64,000 nucleotides of DNA from a bacterium (GCA_018814885.1 JAHIYU010000075.1:8852-72851); one strand, 5' to 3'; positions 18,354 through 27,869 are shown, counted from the stretch's first letter. Notes: generated by a model not told the origin, from the sequence alone. Numbers and translations: made by a program.

Positions 18354-19700
18354 TCAATCCGCGGCAGCATATGGCAAGTCGATGATGTGTGTCGTGCGGG
18401 GGCTCAACCAGACGATGCCCATGCTCCGGCCGTCGGTCGCGGGCAGCCGGACGGGCCGCCGGGAATGGGTCAGGTTGCGCAACACCAGCCGTTGGCCGCT
18501 GCTGCGCAGGCTGGTGCCGCTGCGCAAGAGTTGCGCGGTCTCGACATCGGTGAGATAGATGGGCTCGTGCTCCGGATCCCCCCCCAGCTGGTCGAGGACG
18601 TGTACCAGGGCGGCGAAGCCCACGTCCACCGTTTCCGGGTCGAAATGGGCATAGTTCACCCTGTGGGTGCCGACGATCGCCGGCTCGCCCGACCGCCAGG
18701 CCCTCTGCACGCTCTCGATACAGGTCGAGGCGTGTCGCGAGGAATCCTCGGCTTGAGCTCCCTCGAGGCGGCAGTTCCGATTCAAGTACACGATCTCCTT
18801 CTCGGTCAGATAGCGCCAGCTGCGCTCACAGACTTTCCAGATACGGTCCCAGATCGTCACCTCGAGCTTGGAGAGGGAGCGCTGCTCGCGTTTGGCCTGG
18901 ATGATGCGCAATCCTTCGCGCAGCCACATCCGTTCCCGCAGACGATCCCAGGCGTAGTCGGGCGCAGCGACCGATTGAGGTGCCCGGCCGAACAGCTTCG
19001 CGAAAGCGCCCATGCCTTCCCTCAGTTCGGCGATAAATTCTTCGGGATCCCGGTCCAACGCCAGTTCGTAGGAGCGGGCACCATCGGGGAATATCAGCAA
19101 GCCCAGCCTGGCCGCGTCCTGGGCTTCGCCGTTGCCTGCCACCGTGGTACGGCGATCTTCGGGATCGTAATGCCACATGCCGTGGTACTCCGGCCACCAG
19201 ACGCCGGCGGCGATCGCCTGGCGCACGGCCGGCCAGAGATCGTCCCGTCCGTATTTCTCCGGGAGACTGGGAAGGATAGCCCGGCGCCATATGCGGTCCG
19301 TGTTGTCCGGAGTCGATGCGGCGTAGGAGAGCGAGCCCATGATGTAATTCGGCTGGAAGACGGCCGGCACGCCGTCACGCCCCGGATGGGCGGACAACAG
19401 GTCGGCCAGGCGCGCCACGGTGGCTCCGTCCTCCAAGGTCGAGTAGAGATAGACTGGCGGAAATTCACCCGGACAGATGGCTTCGATATCGATGCTGTCC
19501 AGGGCTCCGCGACTGGGCGTGAAGCCGCATAGGCCCCAGTCGTCGCTCTCGATGACGACCGCCCGCGCCGCGGTCCAGTCCACGGCGCCGCGCGGCTTCA
19601 ACAAGACGAACCCGCTGGCGAATGCCGTGCCGATCACGGCGAGTGCTAGCAGGTCCAGAAGTGGAAACCCGGTAAATGTTCGCGGCCTAATCAAATCCAC
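18354..19700 (-). CDS. hypothetical membrane-anchored protein (448 aa; possible carbohydrate esterase/deacetylase-like)
   Basis: N-terminal TM helix (LLDLLALAVIGTAFASGFVLL), a Trp-rich globular domain and protein-like composition; no confident family assignment. Confidence 0.5.
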   Translation of the reverse strand: MDLIRPRTFTGFPLLDLLALAVIGTAFASGFVLLKPRGAVDWTAARAVVIESDDWGLCGFTPSRGALDSIDIEAICPGEFPPVYLYSTLEDGATVARLADLLSAHPGRDGVPAVFQPNYIMGSLSYAASTPDNTDRIWRRAILPSLPEKYGRDDLWPAVRQAIAAGVWWPEYHGMWHYDPEDRRTTVAGNGEAQDAARLGLLIFPDGARSYELALDRDPEEFIAELREGMGAFAKLFGRAPQSVAAPDYAWDRLRERMWLREGLRIIQAKREQRSLSKLEVTIWDRIWKVCERSWRYLTEKEIVYLNRNCRLEGAQAEDSSRHASTCIESVQRAWRSGEPAIVGTHRVNYAHFDPETVDVGFAALVHVLDQLGGDPEHEPIYLTDVETAQLLRSGTSLRSSGQRLVLRNLTHSRRPVRLPATDGRSMGIVWLSPRTTHIIDLPYAAAD

Positions 19701-20350
19701 TCTCGTTCATACCGAGCCCACCAGTAATGTCCGTAGTCGATGCCCTCCTCAGCGACTTTGCGGACCAAGGCTGCGGCGTCATTCGCAATGACTCCCCGTT
19801 CATCCACCAATAATGATAACACATCATGGCGTCCGGCCGGCGAGAATTGATTCTTCGTCAGACCGAATGTCCAGGCTCCGGGTCGTACGCCATTCGCCGC
19901 GAACCGCTCGAATTCCCGCTTGGCGAGCAGACCTTTCCGCCAAGGGACGATTTGCGCGAGCAGTTCCTGCAGGTCCCGGTAGTTGCGGGCAGGACCCGGC
20001 TGCTCGGCCGGCTCGTCCTCGAAGATATACAAACATCCGCCGGCGGCCAAGCAGTCGATCCAGGCATCCGTCGGGCTGGATCGTCCCAACTTGTCCCAGA
20101 GGTGCCGCAACAGGTTGGCGGCGACCATGAGGGTCACTTCCCTGAACGGCGGCGCGGCTGCGTCGGCAAGCACCCCATGACCCGGCGCGAACACGTCGCT
20201 GCGGATTCGATCGGACATCACCACCCGGGCCCCCGCCGCGTCCAGGATACGCGTGAACCGGCCGTCGCCACAGCCGAGCTCGACGGTCAGGCCTGTCGAC
20301 GAGCTTCTCAGGTCAGTCTGGAACGCGTCGGGAAGAGGTGAGAACGACAT
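19691..20350 (-). CDS. class I SAM-dependent methyltransferase
   Basis: VELGCGDGRFT glycine-rich motif I; start chosen at MSFSPLPD. Confidence 0.6.
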   Translation of the reverse strand: MSFSPLPDAFQTDLRSSSTGLTVELGCGDGRFTRILDAAGARVVMSDRIRSDVFAPGHGVLADAAAPPFREVTLMVAANLLRHLWDKLGRSSPTDAWIDCLAAGGCLYIFEDEPAEQPGPARNYRDLQELLAQIVPWRKGLLAKREFERFAANGVRPGAWTFGLTKNQFSPAGRHDVLSLLVDERGVIANDAAALVRKVAEEGIDYGHYWWARYEREWI

Positions 20351-21656
20351 TGTCCGGGCCCGTCTCCGGTTCGTCTGCAGGTACGGAGGCCGCTCTCGCG
20401 ATCGACTCCAGTTCACCGGGGTGGTCGACCACTTCGGCCGGCGCGCGTGAACCGGCGGCGGCCGTCATCACGCGCGAGACCTTGTTGCGCTCCGCCTGGA
20501 TATCGATGATCTCAGCGACCTGGCGGCGTCGGCGCCGGAAGGTGTCCTCGACCTTGTCGTCCAGACCGAGCACGAACAGCAACTCGCTGAAGAAATCGAG
20601 CGCAGGACCCGAATCCTCGCGCCGCCGGCGATCGACCCAGATCTGCACGGGCCACAGACAGCACGCGAGGGCCGGTAAACCCAACCAGGGAATTGACAGC
20701 GAATCGGACAGGGCGAAAAGGACCGATCCGGCCGTGATGAGCAGCAGGAGCCTGACGGTGCTGCCGGGCTGGAATCCGAGCCTGACCAGTCGATGGTGAA
20801 GGTGGTAGTCGTCCGCCTCGAAGATCGAGGCGCGCTTGCGGTAGCGACGGATGATGGTAGTGCCGGTGTCCCAGATGGGCACGACCATCGGCGCCAGCAA
20901 CAATAGCAGCGAGACGCCGTTGCGTTGCCCGAGATGCATCAGGAGGCTCGCCAGCACCAGTCCCATCCACATGCTGCCCGAATCGCCCAGGAAGATCTTG
21001 CGCCTGCTCACGTTCCAGTACAGGAAGGCGAGCGAGGCGCCCCCCAGCGTGGAGGCGAAGAGCAGGGAAAAGAAATCACCCATCACGAACGCCACGGCCG
21101 CGATGCAAATGGTGGCTATCACGCCGATGCCGCTGGCTAGGCCGTCCAGTCCGTCTATGAGGTTCATGGAGTTGATGAATCCCAGGTACCAGAGCAGGGT
21201 CACCGGCCAGGCCCAACCGCCAAGATCAACCGCTCCGGCCAGGGGCAGGACGACCGTGGTCAGACGCTGGCCCATGACCATCAGGCCCAGGATCACCAGC
21301 AGCTGCCCGTAGAGTTTCTTCTCGGCGTGTATGTGGAATCGGTCGTCGCCGACGCCGAGGGCCATGATGGCGAGTCCGGATCCGCCCAGAGCCGCCAGCC
21401 AGGACCAGGGCAGCGGTTCGGTCAGGACCAGGTCGTCGAGGATGTACAGGGTGACGAAGAAGGAGATAAAGATGGCCATTCCGCCGGTGCGCGGCACCGG
21501 CTCACGGTGCGAACGCCGATAGCCGGGATGATCCACGATACCCGTAAGAAAGCCCAGACTCCGGAAATGGGGCTGAACCAACCAAGACAGTACAAAAGCG
21601 ACCGAGGCGCTGAGCAGAACGATGACTTCCGTATTCAAAATCGTCCCCTTGGGCAT
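20313..21656 (-). CDS. polyprenyl-phosphate N-acetylhexosamine-1-phosphate transferase (WecA/MraY superfamily, GT4 family)
   Basis: About 10 TM helices, the DDxxD motif (VGDDRFH region), NSMNLIDGLDGLASG, and a long cytoplasmic tail; start chosen at MPKGTILN. Confidence 0.8.
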   Translation of the reverse strand: MPKGTILNTEVIVLLSASVAFVLSWLVQPHFRSLGFLTGIVDHPGYRRSHREPVPRTGGMAIFISFFVTLYILDDLVLTEPLPWSWLAALGGSGLAIMALGVGDDRFHIHAEKKLYGQLLVILGLMVMGQRLTTVVLPLAGAVDLGGWAWPVTLLWYLGFINSMNLIDGLDGLASGIGVIATICIAAVAFVMGDFFSLLFASTLGGASLAFLYWNVSRRKIFLGDSGSMWMGLVLASLLMHLGQRNGVSLLLLLAPMVVPIWDTGTTIIRRYRKRASIFEADDYHLHHRLVRLGFQPGSTVRLLLLITAGSVLFALSDSLSIPWLGLPALACCLWPVQIWVDRRRREDSGPALDFFSELLFVLGLDDKVEDTFRRRRRQVAEIIDIQAERNKVSRVMTAAAGSRAPAEVVDHPGELESIARAASVPADEPETGPDNVVLTSSRRVPD

Positions 21657-21724
21657 TTGACCACCGCTCCGTCGGCGGTTCTTGCAACTCGCACCGTATG
21701 GCAAGCTCCGCGGGGTGGCAACGA

Positions 21725-22876
21725 TTATTTAGTCACAAGATGTCGCCGACTCAATATCCTCTGGAATGCAGCAAACGTCCTTTCCGCCGTGGCCTGCCAG
21801 TCCCAGGTGCGGCAATGCTCGAGGCCGGCGACCGCCATGCGCCCGGCGAGGTCATCGTCCCGCCAGAGACGCATCATGGCTCGAGATATCTCCCCGGTGG
21901 AATCCGGATCTACCAGCAAGGCCGCCTCGCCGGCCACTTCGCGCATCGCGCCTCGATTCGAAGTGATCACCGGCAGCCGAGCGGCCATTGCTTCCAAGAT
22001 CGGAAATCCGAAACCCTCATGCAAGGATGGGAAGAGCAAGACTCGGGCCGAAATCATGCGTTGCCACAGTTCTTCACGGTCACAATGTCCGACGATTTCG
22101 ACGGAGCCGTCCTCAGATGTCCTGCGCAACTTGTTGACCAATCCCGTATTACACCAACCGTCGGCTCCAACGATTACCAACCGGGGCAGGCCGCGGCCAG
22201 CGGCAGAAGCGGCCGCTTCCCGCCTGAAGCCGACGAAAGCGTCCAGAATGCGCGACAGGTTCTTCCGGGGTTCCAGGGCGCCGATGAACAGAAAAGGCGC
22301 TTCGGGTCCCCGCAGGGGCGGCGGCTCACGCCCGGTGACCCACTGGGGTGTCCCGAACCTTGTCACCTCGATCTTGGCGGCCGCGCGCGGGTAGAGTTCC
22401 GCCAGCTCGCGCCCGGTATTGTGCGAATTGACGATAACGACTTCCGACCGGGCCAGAGACAAGGGCAACAGCAGACGATACCCCCAGCGTCGCAGCGGCT
22501 CCACGGTTCGGGGATGAAGGCGAAAGGCGACGTCGTGGATCGTGACCAGCACGGGACAGGGCGCGAGCACCGGGGTCGGAAAGGTCGGTACGTGGAGGAC
22601 GTCCGCGCCGAGCCTGCCGGCCAGTCTCGGCAAACCCAGCTGCGTCCATTTCACACGCGCCAGGGTGCCCGACCCGGCACCGCACGCGACCATGCGCCAT
22701 TCTCTCGCCCGGTCGAGAAACGGGTACAGTTCGGGATGATCGGTGGTCAACACGAAGCGGGCGCCGCGCTCGGACGCCGACAGCGCGCGCACCAATTCCA
22801 CCACGGACCAGGGGACGCCCGTGCAGGGCGGACTCGCCACCTGTCCGTCGATGACGATCAGCGGTCCGGGGTTCAC
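21725..22876 (-). CDS. GT-B glycosyltransferase, family GT4
   Basis: EGFGFPILEAMAARLPVITS (EX7E motif); a GTG start at 22876 is preceded by GGGGAGGGG and overlaps the upstream stop (GTGA). Confidence 0.8.
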   Translation of the reverse strand: MNPGPLIVIDGQVASPPCTGVPWSVVELVRALSASERGARFVLTTDHPELYPFLDRAREWRMVACGAGSGTLARVKWTQLGLPRLAGRLGADVLHVPTFPTPVLAPCPVLVTIHDVAFRLHPRTVEPLRRWGYRLLLPLSLARSEVVIVNSHNTGRELAELYPRAAAKIEVTRFGTPQWVTGREPPPLRGPEAPFLFIGALEPRKNLSRILDAFVGFRREAAASAAGRGLPRLVIVGADGWCNTGLVNKLRRTSEDGSVEIVGHCDREELWQRMISARVLLFPSLHEGFGFPILEAMAARLPVITSNRGAMREVAGEAALLVDPDSTGEISRAMMRLWRDDDLAGRMAVAGLEHCRTWDWQATAERTFAAFQRILSRRHLVTK

Positions 22877-24276
22877 GACCGCCCCTCCCCGGCCTCGGAA
22901 GGCTTGTCGCCGCCAGACAGCGCCGCCAGCAACAGGCCCAAGGACACCCAGATGTGCGGCAGGTTGTACTGGGAGAACGTCAGGAGTTGGAACCAGACGG
23001 CAGTCACGCCCACGGTGGCGGCCACCAGCCGTCGCTGTGCGATCGGGAGCGACCGTCCCTCCGCCACCTGTCGGGGAGCCAGTGAGCGCCAGACGCGACC
23101 GGCCAGGGCAATCATCCCGCATACGAACGCCGCGAAACCGAACAGGCCCGTCTCGCAGAGGACCGCCAGTGGATAGTTGTTGACTACGGGCCAGGCGAAC
23201 TGGCTCTGCAGGCCCATCGGATCGACCAACAAGGCGAAATGATAGCCATATTGCCCCCATCCGATACCGAAGATCGGCTGCAGCAGGAAAGCGCGCCAGG
23301 CCGCCTGCATCGAATACAGGCGGGTGAGGTTGGACCAGTCCTCCATGTTGACCGATTGCCGGACCCGCTGCGCCATCAGCGCGAAGACCTGCCCATCCGT
23401 CAGGACGTAGGCGACGAGCACCAGGATGCCGGCACCCGCCAAGGCGCGCCAAGGCTTCGGTGCTATGCGCAGACCGCCCGAGCGCCGCAGGCAGATCAAG
23501 CCGACAACGATGCCGGGAACGACCGCCAGCCACGCCCCGCGTGACCATGTCGAAAACAGCAGGATAACGCCGGCCGCGGGCAGCCAGAACAACCTGCGGC
23601 GCCCGCTGGCAAGCAGGATCGTCCACGGCAGCAGCGCCAGGACGTAGTTGCCAAGATACAGGGGCTCGCAGGCGGTGCCCCTCACACGCGGAATACCCAC
23701 GAAATCCCGGCCCAAGTACAATTCCCCCGAACCCGACAAGACGGCTGGATTGGATGTGAAGAGGGAGTCCAAGCCGGCGAAGACGGTGCCCGGACCGTAG
23801 AAGTCCACCACCTGCCAGGCACCGTAGAGGAACTGGAACGACAGGCCCGCCATCAGCGCGATCAAGGCCTGGCGCCAGCGGGTCTCCCCGCGCAGCCAGA
23901 CGGCCAGATGCAGGGCGAAGGCGGACATCAACAGCCACTGCGTCAGCTGGCGGCCGTACCTGGCCCACGCCTCCTGTGGTGTCGCCAATCCGGGCGAGCG
24001 CCAGACGCCGACGGCCGAAAGGAGGATCGCCAACAGGGCCAGGGACCAGATCCAGGGCGCAGGAACCGCCTTCGCCGCGCGTCCCTTGCCGTAGGCTCCA
24101 CTGGACCAGGAGGCGACGACGGCCACGGCGAGCAACAGGTAGGCCGGCTGGAATCCCGCGCCCAGATCCCGGCCCGTCGTCGCCCGGGCAACGCAGAGCC
24201 CGATCCAGGGCAGGGTCGCCAGGCAGGCCAGGGTGGACCAGTCCGCGAGCCGGTCGGTACCGGATCCGCGCGTCAT
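22873..24276 (-). CDS. O-antigen ligase/polymerase family membrane protein (WaaL/Wzy_C/PglL-like)
   Basis: About 10-12 TM helices, with a large loop carrying the IFGIGWGQYGYHF motif typical of the Wzy_C domain. Confidence 0.7.
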   Translation of the reverse strand: MTRGSGTDRLADWSTLACLATLPWIGLCVARATTGRDLGAGFQPAYLLLAVAVVASWSSGAYGKGRAAKAVPAPWIWSLALLAILLSAVGVWRSPGLATPQEAWARYGRQLTQWLLMSAFALHLAVWLRGETRWRQALIALMAGLSFQFLYGAWQVVDFYGPGTVFAGLDSLFTSNPAVLSGSGELYLGRDFVGIPRVRGTACEPLYLGNYVLALLPWTILLASGRRRLFWLPAAGVILLFSTWSRGAWLAVVPGIVVGLICLRRSGGLRIAPKPWRALAGAGILVLVAYVLTDGQVFALMAQRVRQSVNMEDWSNLTRLYSMQAAWRAFLLQPIFGIGWGQYGYHFALLVDPMGLQSQFAWPVVNNYPLAVLCETGLFGFAAFVCGMIALAGRVWRSLAPRQVAEGRSLPIAQRRLVAATVGVTAVWFQLLTFSQYNLPHIWVSLGLLLAALSGGDKPSEAGEGRS

Positions 24277-24842
24277 GATTTCTTCAGCCTCGCACGCGTT
24301 TTCATCATCATGAACGTGGTGATCAGCAGTATGCCCAGGAAGAGCAGGTACTGGGTGCCGGAGTGCTTCTGCGGCTCACGTACGGCGAGCACGAGGCGAC
24401 CCTCGCCTACCTCGAGCACGCCGCGGTTGACAAAGAGCAGGAACGACTCGCCCCTGAGCAGCAGCGGTCCGTCGACGGGATACTCGCCTGTCACGAACCG
24501 CAATCTGCGACCGCGGCTGACGCCGCCGAGCTCCGTCCCGTAGGGGAGGCTCAGGCCCGTCTCGCCGACCGTCACCGGCACGGTGTCGGCGAGGACTGTC
24601 AACGCGCCCCAGGCCCAGGACCAGCTCCTGACGCCGTCGCCCTCATCCACGACGGGATCGAGGATGCCCTGACCGTCCAGCCCCTCGACGACCAGCATCC
24701 CTGGCGCGGCAGGATGTCGCTCCGACTCCCGACGCCCCTCGGCCCCGGCAGCCGCGGCGAGCAGGATCGTGCAGAGGCAGATATAGGCCAGGGCGGGCAT
24801 GGTCGGCCCGCCCCTGGTGCCGTACTTCAAGAGTTCCTTCAT
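24273..24842 (-). CDS. hypothetical secreted/tail-anchored protein
   Basis: Signal-like N-terminus (MPALAYICLCTILLAAAAGA) and a C-terminal TM helix plus basic tail (YLLFLGILLITTFMMMKTRARLKKS); its stop overlaps the start of the downstream ligase. Confidence 0.45.
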   Translation of the reverse strand: MKELLKYGTRGGPTMPALAYICLCTILLAAAAGAEGRRESERHPAAPGMLVVEGLDGQGILDPVVDEGDGVRSWSWAWGALTVLADTVPVTVGETGLSLPYGTELGGVSRGRRLRFVTGEYPVDGPLLLRGESFLLFVNRGVLEVGEGRLVLAVREPQKHSGTQYLLFLGILLITTFMMMKTRARLKKS

Positions 24843-24915
24843 GGCGCCATCCTACACGCGGGCGGCGCGGCGTACAAGATGCGAGGCGGGTGTCGTGGAC
24901 CCCGCCCCGGAACCG

Positions 24916-26298
24916 TCAATGCGACATGAGATAGCGTTTCAACTCCCATTCGTGCACTTGCGAGATGTACTCGGCCCAGATGCCCTCGTGGTGCGTGATG
25001 ATCTGATGCCAGACGTGTTCGCCAAGGGTTTCCCGCATGATCGCATCCTTCTTCAGGAAAGCGAGCGCTTCGGAGAGGTTGCCCGGCAACTGCGTGATCT
25101 TCAAGCGGCGTTTCTCGCGATCGCTCATGGCGAAGATATTCTTGTTGACGGGTGCGCCGCAATCGGTCTGGTTGACGATGCCGTCGTGTCCGGACGCCAG
25201 CATCACCGCGAAAGCCAGGTAGGGATTGCAGCTGGGATCCGGTATGCGCACCTCGACCCGCGTGCCCACGCCCCGGCGTTCAGGGACGCGCGCCAGCGGC
25301 GACCGGTTCCGTTCGGACCAGGCCACGTTGACCGGCGCCTCGAAGCCCGGCACCAGACGCTTGTAGGAGTTCACCAGCGGATTGGTGACCGCCACGAAAG
25401 CCCGGGCATGCTTCAGTATCCCGCCGATGTAGAAGCGCGCCAGGTCGCTGAGCTGATACTCTTTCTCGGGGTCGTAGAACACGTTCTCGTCGCCGCGGAA
25501 CAGTGACTGGTGGGTATGCATGCCCGAGCCGTTGATGCCATAGATGGGCTTGGGCATGAAGGTCGCGTGCAGGCCGTAGTCCAGGGCGATCTTCTTGACG
25601 ACCATCTTGAAGGTCATCACGTCGTCGGCCGATTGCAGAGCGTCGGCGTACTTGAAGTCGATCTCGTGCTGGCCCGGCGCCACCTCGTGGTGGGCCGCCT
25701 CGATCTCGAAGCCGATAGCCTCGAGCACGTTCACGATGTCGCGCCGAGCTTCCTCGCCGAGGTCCACGGGCAGCAGGTCGAAATAACCGCCGGCATCATG
25801 CGTGCGTACCGTCGGTTCTCCGTTGCGGTCCCTCTCGAAGAGGAAGAACTCGACTTCCGGGCCGCAGACCGGCCGCAGGCCCATCCTGTCCAGCTTGGCG
25901 ATGGTGCGTCGCAGGGTGAGCCGCGGACAGCCGGCGAAGGGTGAGTGATCGGCGTTGTACACGTCGCAGATCAGACGCGCCACCTTGCCCTGGATCTCCT
26001 CGAAGGGGAAGGTGACGTAACTCCGCAGATCCGGGACCAGGAGCATGTCCGACTCCTCGATCCGAGAGAAGCCCTCGATGGACGAGCCGTCGAACATGAT
26101 CTCGCCCCGCAGGGACTTCTCGAACTGGGATTCCGGCACTTCCACGTTCTTGTTGCAGCCCTGGATGTCCGAGAACATCAGCCTGAGGAACCTGACCTTG
26201 TCCTTGCGCATCTTCTCCAGGAGCGCCTGACGCTCGTTCTCGGACGCTATGACACCCCTTTCGAAACCCCGCGAGTAGCTGTTCTCCGTGTGGGACAT
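24916..26298 (-). CDS. glnA: glutamine synthetase type I
   Basis: 460 aa; carries the GQHEIDFKYADAL motif and full-length GS regions; an AGGAGG Shine-Dalgarno sequence lies 6 nt upstream. Confidence 0.9.
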   Translation of the reverse strand: MSHTENSYSRGFERGVIASENERQALLEKMRKDKVRFLRLMFSDIQGCNKNVEVPESQFEKSLRGEIMFDGSSIEGFSRIEESDMLLVPDLRSYVTFPFEEIQGKVARLICDVYNADHSPFAGCPRLTLRRTIAKLDRMGLRPVCGPEVEFFLFERDRNGEPTVRTHDAGGYFDLLPVDLGEEARRDIVNVLEAIGFEIEAAHHEVAPGQHEIDFKYADALQSADDVMTFKMVVKKIALDYGLHATFMPKPIYGINGSGMHTHQSLFRGDENVFYDPEKEYQLSDLARFYIGGILKHARAFVAVTNPLVNSYKRLVPGFEAPVNVAWSERNRSPLARVPERRGVGTRVEVRIPDPSCNPYLAFAVMLASGHDGIVNQTDCGAPVNKNIFAMSDREKRRLKITQLPGNLSEALAFLKKDAIMRETLGEHVWHQIITHHEGIWAEYISQVHEWELKRYLMSH

Positions 26299-26528
26299 GA
26301 TCGCCTCCTGTTGCGTTGATCAATTATTATGGTCAGTGCCGCATGATATCCATGACAGAGAATCATAATTATAATTTATTGCGACTGATTGCAACATGAA
26401 TTATGCATAATAAGCAATTATATTATTCCGCATTATTCTTGTAATTTCAACGTGCGGATTGCCGATACCAGGAGTACAATTTCCCCGTGGCAGCATGGAT
26501 GCAGCCCGCACAGCCAAGGAGGATCTGG
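26299..26528. promoter_or_regulatory. AT-rich divergent intergenic region (glnA <-> PIN-PhoH) with direct repeats TTGCGA-N4-TTGCAA and A/T tracts
   Basis: Composition is about 30% GC over roughly 150 bp within a roughly 70% GC genome, and both flanking genes have strong Shine-Dalgarno sequences. Confidence 0.4.
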
Positions 26529-27869
26529 ATGACGGCCCACGGTCTCAACGGCATCAAGATCTCGGCCATGACCGGCCGCTGCTTTCTCCTTGACACCAAC
26601 GTCCTGCTGCACGATTCGACGGCCCTCGAGGCTTTCGAAGAGCACCATATCGTGATCACGGTGGACGTCCTCGAGGAGCTCGACCGCTTCAAACGCGAGA
26701 ACGACGAGCGCGGACGCAACGCCCGCCGCGTCATTCGCACCATCGACGCCCTGCGCCAGAACGGTCCCCTGCGCGAAGGCGTCCCGCTCTCTGGCGGCGG
26801 GCTGCTCTTCGTGCTCGTCGACGACTACGTATCGTATCTGCCCAAGGGTATGTCCGGCAGCATTCCGGACAACCGCCTGCTGGCCACCGCGCTCTACCTC
26901 CAGGAGCAGGGCGTGGACATCACGTTCGTCACCAAGGACATCAATGCCCGCGTGAAGGGCGACGCTCTCGGCGTGCGTTCCGAGGACCTCCAGCGCGACA
27001 CCGTCGACTTCGACGAGCTGTACACTGGCTGGACGGAGCTGGACTGCAAGAGTTCCGAGATCGACGCCTTCTACGCCGAGGGCCACCTGGAGCTGGCGGG
27101 GGAATTCCACCCCAACGAGGGCGTCCTGCTGCGCAACGAGACCAACGCGAAGCAGACCGCCCTCGGCATCTACCAGGGGGGTTCGCATCGGATCGAGCGG
27201 CTGCGCTTCGAGGAACTCCACCCGTGGGGCCTGCAGGCGCTGAACCTGCAGCAGCATTTCGCCCTGGAACTGCTCATGAGGGAGGATATCCAGCTGGTAT
27301 CCATGCTGGGACAGGCCGGCACGGGCAAGACACTGCTGGCGCTGGCGGTGGGCTTGCACAAGGTCGCCGAGGAGAAATCGTACCGTCGGATCATGGTCTC
27401 GCGGCCGATCATGCCCCTGGGACGAGATATCGGCTACCTGCCCGGCACCAAGGAGGAAAAACTCGAGAGCTGGATGGAACCGATCTTCGACAACCTCCAG
27501 TATCTCGTCGATCCCCAGCTGGAGCAATCCACCGACAAGGTCGACTACCTGTTCGACACGGGCGTCATCGAGGTCGAGGCCGTCACCTACATACGCGGCC
27601 GCAGCCTGCCCCGTCTCTACATCCTTATCGACGAGGCCCAGAACCTGACCCCGCACGAGGTCAAGACCGTGGTCAGCCGCGCCGGACACGACACCAAAGT
27701 GGTGCTGACCGGCGACGCCTATCAGATCGACAATCCGTATCTCGACGCGTCCAGCAACGGTCTCACCTATCTGGTGGAGAGGTTCAAGAACGAGTCCATC
27801 TACGGCCACATCACGCTCGCCAAGAGCGAGCGGAGCCGACTGGCCAGCCTGGCCGCCGCACTGCTCTAG
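26529..27869 (+). CDS. PhoH-like ATPase with N-terminal PIN domain (PhoH2)
   Basis: LLDTNVLLHD...VDVLEELD (PIN acidic residues) and MLGQAGTGKTLLALA (Walker A); an AAGGAGGA Shine-Dalgarno sequence lies 7 nt upstream of the ATG. Confidence 0.85.
   Translation: MTAHGLNGIKISAMTGRCFLLDTNVLLHDSTALEAFEEHHIVITVDVLEELDRFKRENDERGRNARRVIRTIDALRQNGPLREGVPLSGGGLLFVLVDDYVSYLPKGMSGSIPDNRLLATALYLQEQGVDITFVTKDINARVKGDALGVRSEDLQRDTVDFDELYTGWTELDCKSSEIDAFYAEGHLELAGEFHPNEGVLLRNETNAKQTALGIYQGGSHRIERLRFEELHPWGLQALNLQQHFALELLMREDIQLVSMLGQAGTGKTLLALAVGLHKVAEEKSYRRIMVSRPIMPLGRDIGYLPGTKEEKLESWMEPIFDNLQYLVDPQLEQSTDKVDYLFDTGVIEVEAVTYIRGRSLPRLYILIDEAQNLTPHEVKTVVSRAGHDTKVVLTGDAYQIDNPYLDASSNGLTYLVERFKNESIYGHITLAKSERSRLASLAAALL

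Noticed and set aside
18107-18370. Small ORFs (87 aa, 69 aa) and a 196-aa plus ORF in the 443-bp spacer upstream of the C25 gene
   Set aside because: They are compositionally junk-like (R/P/A-rich), lack a Shine-Dalgarno sequence, and overlap each other; the region is treated as non-coding regulatory DNA.
26299-26486. Sigma-54 (-24/-12) promoter for glnA
   Set aside because: I searched both strands for TGGCAC-N5-TTGC and found only GGCAC followed by ATAAT at the wrong spacing, so there is no convincing match.
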